Positions 11,486 through 23,699 of a stretch of 52,143 nucleotides of DNA are shown here, piece by piece (position 1 is the stretch's first letter; every line of letters starts with the position of its first letter). Both the position numbers and the translations under genes were made by a program. This stretch comes from Malacoraja senta (lineage: Eukaryota), in NCBI GenBank assembly GCA_038087875.1, contig JAXLNO010000680.1:434001-486143 (forward strand). The letters are read 5' to 3'. The notes beneath the pieces are model-generated. The model did not search any database and was not told the origin of the DNA. It saw only the letters and a list, made by a program, of their open reading frames with translations.

Positions 11486-12590
11486 TCAGGTGCTCCCGTG
11501 CTGATTGTTATCAAGGCTGACACATTTCGACCAATACACGCTGTGGTCTGTAAATGAGGAAGTCGAGGATCCAATTGCAGAGGGATGCGCAGAGACCCAG
11601 ATCTGAGAGCTTGGCAACCAGCTTGGAGGGGATGATTGTATTAAATGCCGAGCTGTAATCGATGAATAACAGCCTGACATATGAGTTTTTGTTGTCCAAG
11701 TGGTCCGGAGCGGAGTGGAGAGCCAGCGAGATTGCATCCACCGTTGATCTGTTGTGGCGGTAAGCGAACTGCAGTGGGTCCAGGTTTTTGTCGAGGTAGG
11801 AGTTGATCTGCGTCATGATCAACCTCTCAAAGCACTTCATCACCACAGGTGTTAGTGCCACAGGTCGATAGTCATTGAGGCACGGCACCTTACTCTTCTT
11901 GGGCACTGGTATAATTGATGCCCTTTTGAAGCAGGTGGGAACCTCAGACCTCAGAAGTGAGAGGTTGAAAATGTCCGTAAAATCTCCAGCCAGTTGGTCC
12001 GCACAGGTATTTAGAACACGACCAGTTATACCATCAGGTCCAGGCGCTTTTCGAGGGTTCCCCCCTCTGAAGGATTTTCTGACGTCGGCTTCTGTGACTG
12101 AGACTGAAATACCATCACAGCGAATGGACCGAGAAGGCACATCTGTGTCCTCCCTGTCAAAGCGTGCGTAAAACGCATTGAGCTCGTCAGGGAGTGATGC
12201 TACACCGACATTCGAGCTACCTCCTGATTTCGCCTTGTAAGAGGTGATTGCATTCAGGCCCTGCCAGAGCTGCCGAACATCTGTCTCATCCTCCTGCTTG
12301 GAGCAGAAGTTCCTTTTGGCCTTTTTGATGGCCTTACCATTATCATATCCGGACTTCTTGTTGAGCACTGTATCATCAGACATGTCTGGTCTTCAGAAGA
12401 GTGCGGATCTCAAAGTTCATCCAAGGCTTCTGATTGGGAAACACTCGGAAGGTTTTTGTAGGGATGCAGTCCTCCACACATTTCTTTATGAAGTCTGTAA
12501 CGACTGTGCGTATTCGTTCAGGTCAGTTGCCGAGTCCCTGAACATTGCCCAGTCTATAGACTCCAAACTGTCGTGGAGTTGTTCCTCTGC
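11486..12590 (-). mobile_element. Rex1/Babar-type LINE internal fragment (RT N-terminal half)
   Basis: [74 protein letters not shown]. Ends at STGAP against the microsatellite. Confidence 0.93.
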
Positions 12591-12811
12591 CCCCCCCCCC
12601 GATGACCACTAGTTCCATAGTTCACCACATTGTATCCCTCTTGAGATCACACCAACAATGGACCTACCAGGCACCGCCCTGCCTGTGTTAATTTATGAAC
12701 GGCCCTGATCTTTTTTCATCTCCTGCTCTTCTCGCCCTCCTGCTCCCCACCCCTACTTTCAGTCCTGAACTGAAGCATCATCTATCCTGACCCGCTGAGT
12801 TACCAGCACTT

Positions 12812-13085
12812 AGAATCATATTCATAGTCATAGAGTCTTACAGGATGGAAACAGGCTCTTCAGCCTAACTTGCCCACACCGGCCAACAATGTCCCATCTA
12901 CACTAGTCCCACCTTCCTGCATTTGGCCCATATCCCTCTAAAGCTGTCTGATCCATGTACCTGTCCAAATGTCTCGTTAAAACCGTTGTCCTAGCCCCCG
13001 CCTCAACTACCTCCTCCGGCAGCTCGTTCCATACTCACACCACCCTCTGCGTGAAAACATTACCCTTCAGATTCTTATTAAATCT
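12812..13085 (-). mobile_element. CR1 3' end
   Basis: Reverse complement of the 3' UTR at 13520-13730 (GGAAACAGGCTCTTCAGCC..ACTTGCCCACACCGGCCAAC). Confidence 0.85.
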
Positions 13086-13244
13086 TTGTGACAATCTGTG
13101 TTTATCTTGGGTATAAACCAGCATCTGTAGTTCTTTGTTTCGATATTGCGAATTAATTGCATGCATGTTCAATAACAGAAGTGAGTAGGTTAACTTTTAT
13201 TTCGAAATAGGAGCAGTGGTATTAGTAATGCTTTAGAACGCAGA

Positions 13245-13730
13245 ACATAGAATAGTTGGGAGGTCGTGCTGCAGTTGTATAAGACATTGGTGAGACCGCA
13301 TTTAGAGTATTGTGTTCAGTTGTGGGCACCATGTTGTAGGAAAGATATTGTCAAGTTGGAAATGGTACAGAAAAGATTTACGAGCATGTTGCCAGGACTA
13401 GAGTGTGTGAGCTACAGGGAGAGGTTGTGTAGGCTGGATCTCTATTCCCTGGAGCGCAGGAGGATGAGGGGTGATCTTATACATAGGTATAAAATCATGA
13501 GAGGAATAGATTGGGTATAAGCTGCCGGAGGAAGTAGTTGAGGTTGAGGCTGGGACTCTCCTAACATTTCCGAAGCAGTTGGACAGGTACATGGATAGGA
13601 CAGGTTTGGAGGGTTATGGGGCAAACGCAGGCAGGTTGGACTAGTGTAGATGGTACATGTTGGCCGGTGTGGGCAAGTTGGGCTGAAGAGCCTGTTTCCA
13701 CACTGTATCCCTCTATTACTCTAAGACTCT
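13245..13730 (+). mobile_element. CR1 3' fragment
   Basis: LQLYKTLVRPHLEYCVQLWAP..VQKRFT..SLERRRMRGDLI, plus 3' UTR and ACTCTA-type tail. Confidence 0.92.
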
Positions 13731-13875
13731 AATAGTAGCACACAGGAACGGGCCACAGTAGCCCACAATATTGTGGCCCACAAGCTTCAGCCCACAATAG
13801 GTACAGTATTCCTTCCCTGGAGTCCGAAGACCAACAGTATTTAGGATTCAATGCAAGCATTAAATGGAGATATCA

Positions 13876-15386
13876 CTTTTTTTTCATGCAAAATGCTTTT
13901 ATTCAGAACAAACAAAATACAAAGTAGTAACACGATCAAAGAATTCCTATATTGGTAGTTTACAAACAAAGTTATCAAATTAAAATATTAACATTTTATC
14001 AACATTACATTCGACCTCCCGCGGCGACCAGCGTTCACGTAAGGCCCCCAGAGTCCCCGTGGACAACGCGTGTTCCCTGTCCAGGGACACGTGGGCACGG
14101 ACGTAACCCTTGCTGTGCGGCCGTCGACTGCCCGCTGCCTGGACCCGCGAATGGAAAATCTTGGCCAGGCCCAGGAGCGGACGGACAGGGAGACCCCCTC
14201 CTCCCTCCCGACCCACCCCCTCTGCTCCGGGTGCCCCAAAATCAATAGCGTCGGGCAATAGTGCAGCCAAAACTTGAGGAGCAGCCCCTTCAGATACTCG
14301 AACAGGGGCTGCAACCTCTCACACTCCATGTAGACGTGGAACACGGTCTCTTCCTCGCCGCAGAAGTGACATGCAGCGGACGAGTCCGTGAACCGGCTCA
14401 AGTACCTTTTGCAGGCCACGGCTTTGTGCAACACTCTCCACCCCAGGTCCCCAATATAAAGGGGGAGGACTCCCTTATTGAGAGACCCCCACTGGGGACC
14501 CCTCCCGCCGTCAGATGGTAACACGGACTGCCATGGTGTATCCGGACGGAAGACGAGGGCGAGGAAGTGGAGATTGTGCAAGAGCAGCCTGTACAATACG
14601 CGCCTCTCCGTGTCACAGAACGGCACGCGGAAAGGCGGCTCGTGTTGCGTGGGGCTGGCTCTCGGGGAGGGACCCGGGCCATGGGTCCTATGAACAATAC
14701 CGACGGAGCGGGGGTTAGCTCGTCCGGAATCGCTCCACGCACACGCCTCTCCTCGATACCCACCGTCATAGCCACAACACACCCTCCCCCTGAGGAGCAG
14801 GGCCCTGGCTGAAGGTGACCAAATTCCTGGCCTTCAGGAGGTCGCGGGAAAAGCCAGGCAACTCCCGCCTAGCGCGTCGACTCATACCCGCTACCGGGAG
14901 CCGGGAGCCCTCCTGAAGGCAACGCCCCTAGCGGAAAAAGTACGTCGCCAGCACGTGCGATCAAGGAGGGCAGTCTGAGTATATGTATCTCCGCAGGGTC
15001 CTGAGTCGGAGAGCCGTCTGGGTATGAACACAGACCAGCGCCTGACCGCTCTCCTCCAACTGGAGACTCAGAACCCCAGCAGAGACCCAGTGGTTCCTCT
15101 CACCATAGAAGAAGTTGACCAACCTCCTCTGTAACATGGTTATAAATAAAGAGGACGGGACCATAGTGGCCAGCTGGTACCACAGCAGAGAGGCCACCAG
15201 CTGGTTTATAACTACAGCCTTGCGCCGGTAAGAGAGCACACCAAGGAGGCCTGACCAACGTCCCAGCCGGGTGACGACTTTCGCCTCTAGCTCCTGCCAG
15301 TTCACTGGCCACGCCCCCTCAGCGGGACTCAGGTAGACCCCTGATAGTGGAGGTGCGTGGTGCTCCACGCAAAACCTGCCATCTCT
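13876..15386 (-). mobile_element. 5'-truncated Tx1-clade LINE with 12-bp TSD
   Basis: ORF2 C-terminus: NWQELEAKV..LSYRRKAVVINQLVASLLWY and DLGWRVLH..CHFCGEEETVFHVYMEC. T-tract at 13877. TSD ATGGAGATATCA at 13864-13875 and 15387-15398. Confidence 0.9.
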
Positions 15387-15464
15387 ATGGAGATATCATT
15401 AGGAGAGAATAAGTGGATTTTCCATTTTAAGAATTTCAGAAAAAACAAACTTGCTGATTAGAAG

Positions 15465-16262
15465 AGGAAACAAGGAACTGCAGGCGCTGGTTTACACAAA
15501 AGGATCCAAAGTGCTGGAGTAACTCATCATGTCAAGCAGCATCTCTGGGGAACGTGGATAGGTGACGTTTTTGGTCGGGACACTTCTCCAGTCAGTATGG
15601 GGTTGGTTGGTGTGGAGGGGAGGGGAGGGGAGAGGTAGAAAAGAAGAGGGGCAGGACAAAGCCTAGCACTAATATCCCTCCTCTCGCCCTCCCCTTCCAC
15701 ATACATTCCTTCCTCCAGCTTCACAATTCGAGACTCTTCACTGCTTTTGTCTCACACCTTCTGTCCTTTTCTTCCTTGGGCCTTTGTCACTTTCTCTGTA
15801 CCTCCATTCTCACCTCCACCCAGGGACCCCAGTATTCCTTCCCACCCCTTCCCCTCACCTCTCTCCCTAAACATTCTCCCCTCTGCACCTTCAGTCTGAA
15901 GAAGGGCGGCACGGTGGCTCAGCGGTAGAGTTGCTGCCACACAGCGCCAGATACCCGGGTTCGATCCTGACTACAGGTGCTTGTCTGTATGGAGTTTGTA
16001 CGTTCTCACCATGGCTGCGTGGATTTACCCCGGGTGCTCCGACTTCCCCCACTCTCCAAAGAAGTGCAGGTTTGCAGATTAATTGGCTTCTGTAAATTGA
16101 CCCTAGTGGGAGTGCTAGAACTAGTGTACGCGGTGATCGCTTGTCGTCATGGGCTCGGTGGGCCGCAGGGCCAGTTTCCATGCTGCATCTCTAAACTAAA
16201 GGGTCCCGACCCGAAACGTCACCTATCCAAGTTCTCCAGAGATGCTGCCTGACCCGCTGAGT
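15465..16262. mobile_element. Penelope-derived inverted terminal pair; the + copy is interrupted by a SINE
   Basis: Minus-oriented terminus at 15465-15592. Plus-oriented CAGTCTGAAGAAGGG|SINE|TCCCGACCCGAAACGTCACC..GCTGCCTGACCCGCTGAGTT. Confidence 0.75.
15904..16200 (+). mobile_element. tRNA-derived SINE (full length)
   Basis: A box TGGCTCAGCGG, B box GGTTCGATCC, core TGGAGTTTGTACGTTCTC, CR1-like tail CTAAACTAAA. Flanked by an AAGGG repeat. Confidence 0.92.
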
Positions 16263-16390
16263 TCACAAGTTATAGGAGTAGAATTAGGCCATTCGGCCCA
16301 TCGAGTCTACTCCACCATTCAATCGTGCTTGATCTCTGCCACCTAATCCCATTTTCCTGCCTTCGCCCCATAACCATTGACACCAATTCT
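16263..16390 (-). mobile_element. CR1 3' UTR (host of the L1 insertion; continues at 23020-23470)
   Basis: ATAGGAGTAGAATTAGGCCATTCGGCCC.. and continuity across the TSD with the CR1 sequence after 23019. Confidence 0.85.
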
Positions 16391-16807
16391 TTTTTTTTTT
16401 TTTTATTTTTTTTTTTATTTTTTATTTTTTAGAAGTACGGTAGATTACAGTAATGTACAACACGTATATATTAATACATTTTTTGTACCGCTTCACTTTT
16501 TTAAACTTTAAGAAAGAAAAAGAAAGAAGTAAGAAAAGTGAAGAAAGTGCACAAAGGTTGTGAAGTGCAAAAGAGTGTTGGGAAAAGAAAGCCCCTTAGA
16601 AAAGAAGTTAGAGAAGGAAGTAAAGTTAGAAAATAGACCCTAGAAAAAAAAAGAGAAAGAAAGAAGGAACAATCGCTCTATTATAATTCTTATACCATAC
16701 TTCATAGAGAAGGAACTACCAACCAAGTCTGTTTTTATTTTACCTCCCATTACCAGGTCCAGATACCTTTTATTTATTTATTTGTTTTTCTAAATTACTA
16801 TTGCACC

Positions 16808-19800
16808 TCATGCTTGTAATAGGTCCAAAAACGTAGACCACGTCTTTTGAAATTGATCTACTTTGCCTACTAGGAGGAATCTCATCTCTTCCAGATGTAA
16901 TGTTTCCAACATATTTGATGTCCACATTTTTATTGTTGGTGTGGGCGCATTTTTCCAGAATTTAAGTATAAGCTTTTTTCCCATTATTAGCCCATAATTG
17001 AGTAAATTCTTCTGATACACGTTTAATTCAGGAATACCTTCCGATATTCCAAAAATAATCCATTCTGGTTTTGGTACCAGTTTTATTTTGATTAATTTTG
17101 AAAAATATCAAATATTTCAAACCAGAATTTTTGGATTTTTGTACAAAAAACAAAAGAATGTGCTATGGTAGCTTCTTGACATATACATTTATCACAGATT
17201 GGTGAGACGTTAGGAAAGATTTTATTTAGTTTGGTTTTTGAATAATATAATCTATGTAATGTTTTAAATTGGATAAGCGTATGTCGTACGTTGATCGAGC
17301 ATTTATGCACCTGTAATAAATGATTATCCCAACTCTCTTTTGAAATTTTTATACCTAGATCTTGTTCCCAATCTCTTCTAATTCCATCTGTTGTGGGTAT
17401 TTCTATATTTAAGATGATATTATATAAGTATGATATTAAATTAACTGATTCCGCCTTTGTCTTCATTGCTTCATCTAGTAAGTCGGAAGGCATATTATAA
17501 TAATCTTTTGTGTGTGTTTTCAAATAGTCACAGATTTGTAGATATTTAAAATATTGATTATTTTTCAAATTATATTTCAGTTGTAGTTGTTGGAATGATA
17601 GTAATTTTTCTAATTCATACAGATCTTCGAGCGTTTTAATTCCCATTCTTTCCCATTGTATAAATGCTTTATCTATGATTGAAGGTTTAAACGATGGGTT
17701 ATTGACTATTGGTATTAAGAGAGATAGGTTTCTTAATTTTAGATTCTGTTTTATTTGCTTCCATGTTCTAATAGTGCTATATATAATTGGATTTTTATTA
17801 TAATTTTTATTATTCACATTTATTGGAGAGAGAATAATCGCTCCTATATTATTCGGGGAGCAATCCCCTTTTTCCATTATAATCCAGTCCACCTGCTGGG
17901 CAGAATTGTCCAGCAGGTGAATCATATTTTTAATATTTACTGCCCAGTTATAATACATAAAGTTAGGGAGCGCTAGACCCCCCAACTCTTTTCGTTTGTT
18001 AAGGTGTGTTCTTTGTATTCTGTGGGATTTGTAATCCCATATAAAATTTGTAATGTCTGAGTCCAGTTTTTTGAAAAACTTTTTTGGGAGATATATAGGT
18101 ATTGATTGAAATAGGTAAAGGATTTGTGGCAAGAAAATCATTTTTATAGCATTTATCCTACCTATTAAGGACATCGGAAGTGTTTTCCAAAATTTAATCA
18201 GATTATTTAATTTCTTAAGTAGGGATTATAATTAGCTTTAAACATATCATGGTAATTTCTAGTAATCTCAATTCCTAAATATTTGAATTTTTCCATAGCT
18301 ATTTTAAAAGGGAATTTCCTGAGATGTGTTGAGTCTTTTGGTTTAATCGACATAATTTCACTTTTGTTCCAATTTATTCTATATCCTGAAAAGGATCCAA
18401 AGTCCTCAATTAAGTTTAATATATTTGGTATACTAATTTGTGGTTTTGTGATGTACAGTAGTACATCATCAGCATATAGGGATAGTTTGTTGTTTGAATA
18501 TTTTGTGTTATAACCGTGAATATTCGAGTGTGTTCTTATTTTTTCAGCAAGGGGTTCAATTACCAAAGCAAATAACAGCGGTGATAGTGAACATCCTTGT
18601 CTGTTGCCCCTAGATAATTCGAATTTTGAAGATAATATATTATTAGTTAGTATTCTAGCCGTAGGTTTGTTATATAGTAGTTTTATCCATGCAATAAAGT
18701 TTTCTCCCAATTGGAATTTTTGCAATACTTTGATCATATAGTCCCATTCTACTTGATCAAACGCTTTTTCTGCGTCCAGTGAGATGATAGCTAACTCTTG
18801 GTCATCAGATTTATGTGAATGCATTATGTTAAGCAAACGTCTCAAATTATTAAATGAGTGTCTCTTAGGTATAAATCCTGTTTGATCCTCATGTATTAGT
18901 CTACTAACATACTTGCTTAATCTGTTGGCTAAAGTTTTTGCTATTATTTTCTGATCCGTATTTAACAAAGCAATAGCTCTATATGATCCTGGTTCTTCTA
19001 TATTTTTATCTTTTTTAAGTATTAATATGATCGTTGATTCCGCTAGTGTTTCAGGTAGGTTTTGCTCTTTATAAGCATATGTATACATTTTTTGTAATCG
19101 TGGAGTAACTATATCATAAAAAGATTTATAAAATTCATTACTGAATCCGTCTGGTCCTGGTGTTTTTCCATTTTTTAGTGTTTTTATTGTGTCTTCTATC
19201 TCCTTAGAAGTAATTTGTGCTCCCAGTTCCTCTTGTTCCCTGCGTTCTAATTGTGGTAGATTACAATTTTCTAAAAATTCTGAGATTTTATTATTGTCTA
19301 TTGACGTTTTAGATGTGTATAGATTCTGGTAAAATTGAGCAAATCTTTTATTAATATCCTTGGGTAGTGTTAATACTTCCCCTCTATCTGATTTAATCTT
19401 TAATATTGCATTCTCTTTTTCCCGTTTTTTAAGTTGTCGTGCTAGAAGTTTGTGGGGTTTGTCCCCGAATTCGAAGTGTTCTTGTTTTGTGATTTGAAAT
19501 AATGTTATAACTTTCTCTGACAGTAATTTATTTAACTGAAATTTCAGTAGTAGTATTTTATTATGTTTATCCATAGTTGGGTCTTTAGCATTATCTATAT
19601 CTAACTGTTTTATTTGATCTTCTAAGTGTCTTTGTTCATTCTTATTCTTTTTATTTTGATAAGCTTGAAATGAAATAATGACTCCTCTTATAAATGCTTT
19701 GAAGGATTCCCATAATAACGTGGGGGATATCTCTGGTGTATCATTTAACTCAAAAAATAGATCCATCTGTTTTTTTAGATAGATACTCCCTTGAGGGTCT

Positions 19801-20597
19801 TTTAAAATTTGTGAGTTAAACCTCCAGAACGGTTTATTCATAGACATTCCTTCTAGTTTTAGAACAAAAGTTAACGGAGAATGATCTGAGATCGCATTAG
19901 TATGATATTTAGGATTCAGAGATTGCGAAATTAATTTTGTATCCACAAGAAAATAGTCTATCCGTGAATATGTTTTATGCACCATTGAATAAAACGAGTA
20001 ATCCCTTCCCGTCGGGTTTGCAATCCTCCATACATCTGTTATATTTGTGTTTTCCATATATGTGTGTAAGAGTTCACTGGTTTTAGATTTCGTCTGACCT
20101 TTTTGTTTTTGCATCGATTTATCTAAATAAGGATCTAAAACACAATTAAAATCTCCTCCGATTATAACATTTTGATAATTAGATTCTGCAATTATATTCA
20201 GAATTTTATTAAAAAATTGAGGGTTATCAAAGTTGGGCGCATATATGTTTACCAGCGTAATTGGCATATTATTGATCTCCCCTGCTACTATAAGATATCT
20301 CCCTTCCTTATCTAAAATAGTGTTCTTTGATTTAAATGGAATTCCTTTACGAATAATAATTGCAGTACCTCTAGATTTGGAGGTAAATGAAGAGTGAAAT
20401 GTTTGGCCTATCCAGTTCGCCCTCAGTCTTGTCTGATCTTGCTGTTTAAGATGTGTTTCCTGTAGAAACGCAATGTCCGTGTTGTATGATTTCAACTGAG
20501 CTAGTATCTTGCCCCTTTTAATAGGTTCATTAATCCCCCTTATATTCCAACTACATAATGTGATTCCTCCTATTTTCTTTTGATTGTCGTCATGCAT
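16808..20597 (-). pseudogene. L1 ORF2 (APE endonuclease, RT, CCHC) with two apparent 1-bp frameshifts
   Basis: SWNIRG, FLQETH, NIYAPN, GGDFN, RIDY, SDH (endonuclease); PGPDG, LDAEKAFD, RQGCSLSP, YADD (RT); CDKC..H..C. Split across three frames at ~18220 and ~17100. Confidence 0.95.
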
Positions 20598-21815
20598 TTT
20601 TACCAGTTTTAATGACCTTAATTATTGTGGTGCGTTCATACCTCCGGACTCTGGTTATTTTGGGAGTATTTCTATTATAGACTTCCTTGGTAGTTCTCCT
20701 GCGCGATTGTCCTTGAAGAAAAAACACACAGATGTGACATATTGTGATTAAAAAAAAGATATATAAATCAAATAAATTTACGGTGTCTAAAATTTCAACA
20801 CCGTAGTGAGTGGCCCACTCGTCTGTGGGGTACGACATCCATAACGCTTCCGGCGTAGTTGGTATAAAGTTAGCCCCGCTGTATTTATTACCCAAAATCT
20901 ATGGGGTCATTACCGTTTCCAATTCAGTTCTATTTCACCCAGTTACAATTTATATATGTGTCAAATGTATTCGATTCCATATCCTACTCACTCTTTATCT
21001 CTTAACTATTTTAAAATGAATTTAGTATTGTTAAAGTGAGCGGTTTACTGAGTGGATTAATCGGAGTCAGGTTCCTGGAATTGTGCCAGGTGCCTGATCT
21101 CCTCTCCTCTCCACGAGCTGCGAACATAGGTGATAACTGCTGTCTGCGTTATGACGCAGGCACCACAGTTTTATCAGTTTCAAATATTATTTCTATATTA
21201 GTATTGTTAATTATTAATTATGATTAATTCTCAGCATTTTGTAAAACTATATAAGCCGTATATATTTTTCATATCAACCTCGAGTGTATATTATCTCTTA
21301 ACTATTTTAAATTGATTTTAATATTGTTAAAAATGAGCTGTTCGCTGGAAGGGTTAACGGGAATCTGGCTCCTGGAGTTATGCCAGGTACCCGGTCTCCC
21401 CCTCCCTCCACTCTCGAGCTGCATAGCACTTGCTGTTATCTGCTAAACAGAGCAGACTGCACATTTTTTATCTATTTCAATTGCTATTTCTATATTAGTA
21501 TTGTTAATTGTTAATTATTCTTAGTTCTCAGTTTTTTCAGTTTTTTATAAACAATATAAGCCATGTGATGTTTTTCACTCTCAGCCCAGCAGTTCGTCTC
21601 GTGTTATCAGATTTTCCTCGTTTGAGCACGTAGTGTCCTTGAATTACATAGCACAATGTTCCAGCGAAGATAATAATGTCTAGCCACGTCTCACTAAGAA
21701 TCTGTTGCTTGAAGTCAAATAAAAAATAAAAAATCAGTGTTCAGTTAATTCACTTTCCTTGTGATACTCTTGTTGGAAGAATAAGCAAGTTCGTTTGTTC
21801 CTGTCGTCTTGGTTT

Positions 21816-22811
21816 TCAATCTCCAGTTGATGCAGCCTTAGTCGCGATTTCTTGAGCGTATTTGAGAGATTCATCCGAATTAGTGAATGTTTTTGACACT
21901 CCCTCAAAGGTGATACGCATTCTAGCCGGATAAAACACTCCACACAAAACTCCCTTAACACCATAAAGAACTTCTCTGGTCTGTGAGAACTTTCTTCTCT
22001 TTTGCTCAATCTCATAAGGGTAGTCCCGTAGGAGTTTAATAGTATCACCTCTGTACATCATCTTCTCTCCGTGGTTGATTTTTTTCATCAGCGCTTCCAT
22101 TGTTGAGATATCCCGAAGTTTAATTATGATCTGTCGTGGGTAGGCACGTTCTCCTTGAGATCTTGATTTAAATCTGGGGAGTCGATGTGCTACTTCAATT
22201 ACAGGTACTTCTGGTAGCTTCAGTACGTGTTTAATTAGGTTGGCAGCGAACTCACAAACATTGTCCCCCTCAGCTCCCTCTTTTACACCACGTATTCTTA
22301 TATTTTGGCGTCTTGAGCGAGCTTCTAGGTCAACACATTTATTCGAAACCTTTGTGACTTGGTTCTTGAGACTATCTATTTCTGACTTCATAGTCTGCAT
22401 CTCTCCAGCCATCACTTCCACAGCAGCTTCCAAATCATTCACTGCAGATGCATTTGCAGCCACAGTTTCGTGCACAGCCTCAAACATCTTTGTGGTCTCT
22501 TCTGCCACCTTTTCAATTTTTATCGATAGTCCTTTTTCCACACCTTCAATTCTTTTTTGGAGAGCCTCAATACCCTCAAGTATTTTATCATTACCGGCTA
22601 TCAATTTACTGTTCCCAGCTTCCATATCATTTTTGATATCTCTTACCGAGTTTCTTAAGTCCTCCATTTCGATTTTCTCTTTTGCAGATCGAGTAGCCAT
22701 TCCAGAGACCTCTCCAGAGGTCAGTTCTGAAGTTTCTTGCTGTTCCAGAGTCTTCAGCAGATGTTTTGAGATTTTCCTCTGTGGGCTCTGACCTGGAGAT
22801 GTACTTTTCAT
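21816..22811 (-). CDS. L1 ORF1p (coiled-coil, RRM, CTD; 331 aa, intact)
   Basis: Heptad region, then DLEARSRRQNIRIRGVKEG, IEVAHR, PRQII, DYP..RRKF and FYPARMRI motifs. Confidence 0.95.
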   Translation of the reverse strand: MKSTSPGQSPQRKISKHLLKTLEQQETSELTSGEVSGMATRSAKEKIEMEDLRNSVRDIKNDMEAGNSKLIAGNDKILEGIEALQKRIEGVEKGLSIKIEKVAEETTKMFEAVHETVAANASAVNDLEAAVEVMAGEMQTMKSEIDSLKNQVTKVSNKCVDLEARSRRQNIRIRGVKEGAEGDNVCEFAANLIKHVLKLPEVPVIEVAHRLPRFKSRSQGERAYPRQIIIKLRDISTMEALMKKINHGEKMMYRGDTIKLLRDYPYEIEQKRRKFSQTREVLYGVKGVLCGVFYPARMRITFEGVSKTFTNSDESLKYAQEIATKAASTGD

Positions 22812-23004
22812 TTAAAATGACTTTCCCTCCGTTAAAATCGCGGCGCTTACTGATGACGTCATCAGCACCGCGACATGAAGCTCCGGTAAGTTTTTAAAAA
22901 CGGTCCCGACCTCCAGACCCGATTTTAACGCGAAAAATCGCGATTTTTTCAGCGGAGCTAAAAAGTTTGCGACTGCTAGCAGAGCATGTCGCAACCGGAA
23001 GATG
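22812..23004 (-). promoter_or_regulatory. L1 5' UTR / internal promoter
   Basis: CpG-rich; begins CATCTTCCGG (ETS-like). Contains a perfect 16-bp palindrome CTGATGACGTCATCAG with a CRE core at 22850-22865. Confidence 0.7.
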
Positions 23005-23019
23005 ATTGACACCAATTCT

Positions 23020-23470
23020 AAACAAGTACTTGTCTATCTCTGTCTTAAAAATATCCACTGACATGGCCTCCACAGCCGTCTGTGGCAATAAGGTCTGCAG
23101 ATTAACTACCCTCTGACTAAAGAAGTTCTTCCTCACCTCCTTTTTAAAAGAGTGCCCCTTAATTGTGTGGCAATACCTTCTAGTCCTAGACTCTCCCACA
23201 AGTGGAAAAATCCTCTCCATGTCTTTATATACTGTAAGTTTCAATGAGTTCCCCCCTCAACTTTCTAAACTCCAGCGAGTAGAGGCTCAGTGCCAACAAA
23301 CGCTCATCATATGCTAACCCACTCATTTATGGAATCCTTCTTGTAAACCTCCTCTGGACCCTCTCCAGAGCCGGCACATTCTTCCTCAGATATGGTGCCC
23401 AAATTTCCTCACAGCACTGCAAATGTGACCTGACCAGTGCCTTATATAGCCTCAGCATTACATCTGTGTT
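23020..23470 (-). mobile_element. CR1 ORF2 C-terminal fragment (upstream part of the element split by the L1)
   Basis: ERIFPLVGESRTR..FKKEVRKNFFSQRVVN..LPQTAVEA motif. Confidence 0.9.
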
Positions 23471-23699
23471 TGTGTAAATTTCACAGAGATACTCCAGCAC
23501 TTTGTGTCCTTTTGTGTATTAGATAGCCAGTGCCTCTATCCCATGCAGTAACAACCTATTTATATTCACAGAACGCCGCATAAGGGCTAGATTGGGAGTT
23601 CTAAAAGCCTGGGCTTCGAACACTGATATGGGTAAGTATTATTTTTGGTGCATTCAATTTCTGTGGGCAAACTTTCTCTCGTGCTGTAGTTGAGTTGCA

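Larger units (their letters stand above)
16391..23004 (-). mobile_element. Full-length L1 LINE (~6.6 kb) with poly(A) tail and 15-bp TSD
   Basis: Contains a 5' UTR, ORF1, a long inter-ORF region, ORF2 and a T-rich tail at 16391-16430. TSD ATTGACACCAATTCT at 16376-16390 and 23005-23019. Confidence 0.97.

Noticed and set aside
15904..15975. Possible tRNA gene
   Set aside because: The A/B boxes continue into a SINE core and LINE-like tail, and no complete cloverleaf is evident.
22240..22791. 183-aa + strand ORF
   Set aside because: Antisense shadow of L1 ORF1.
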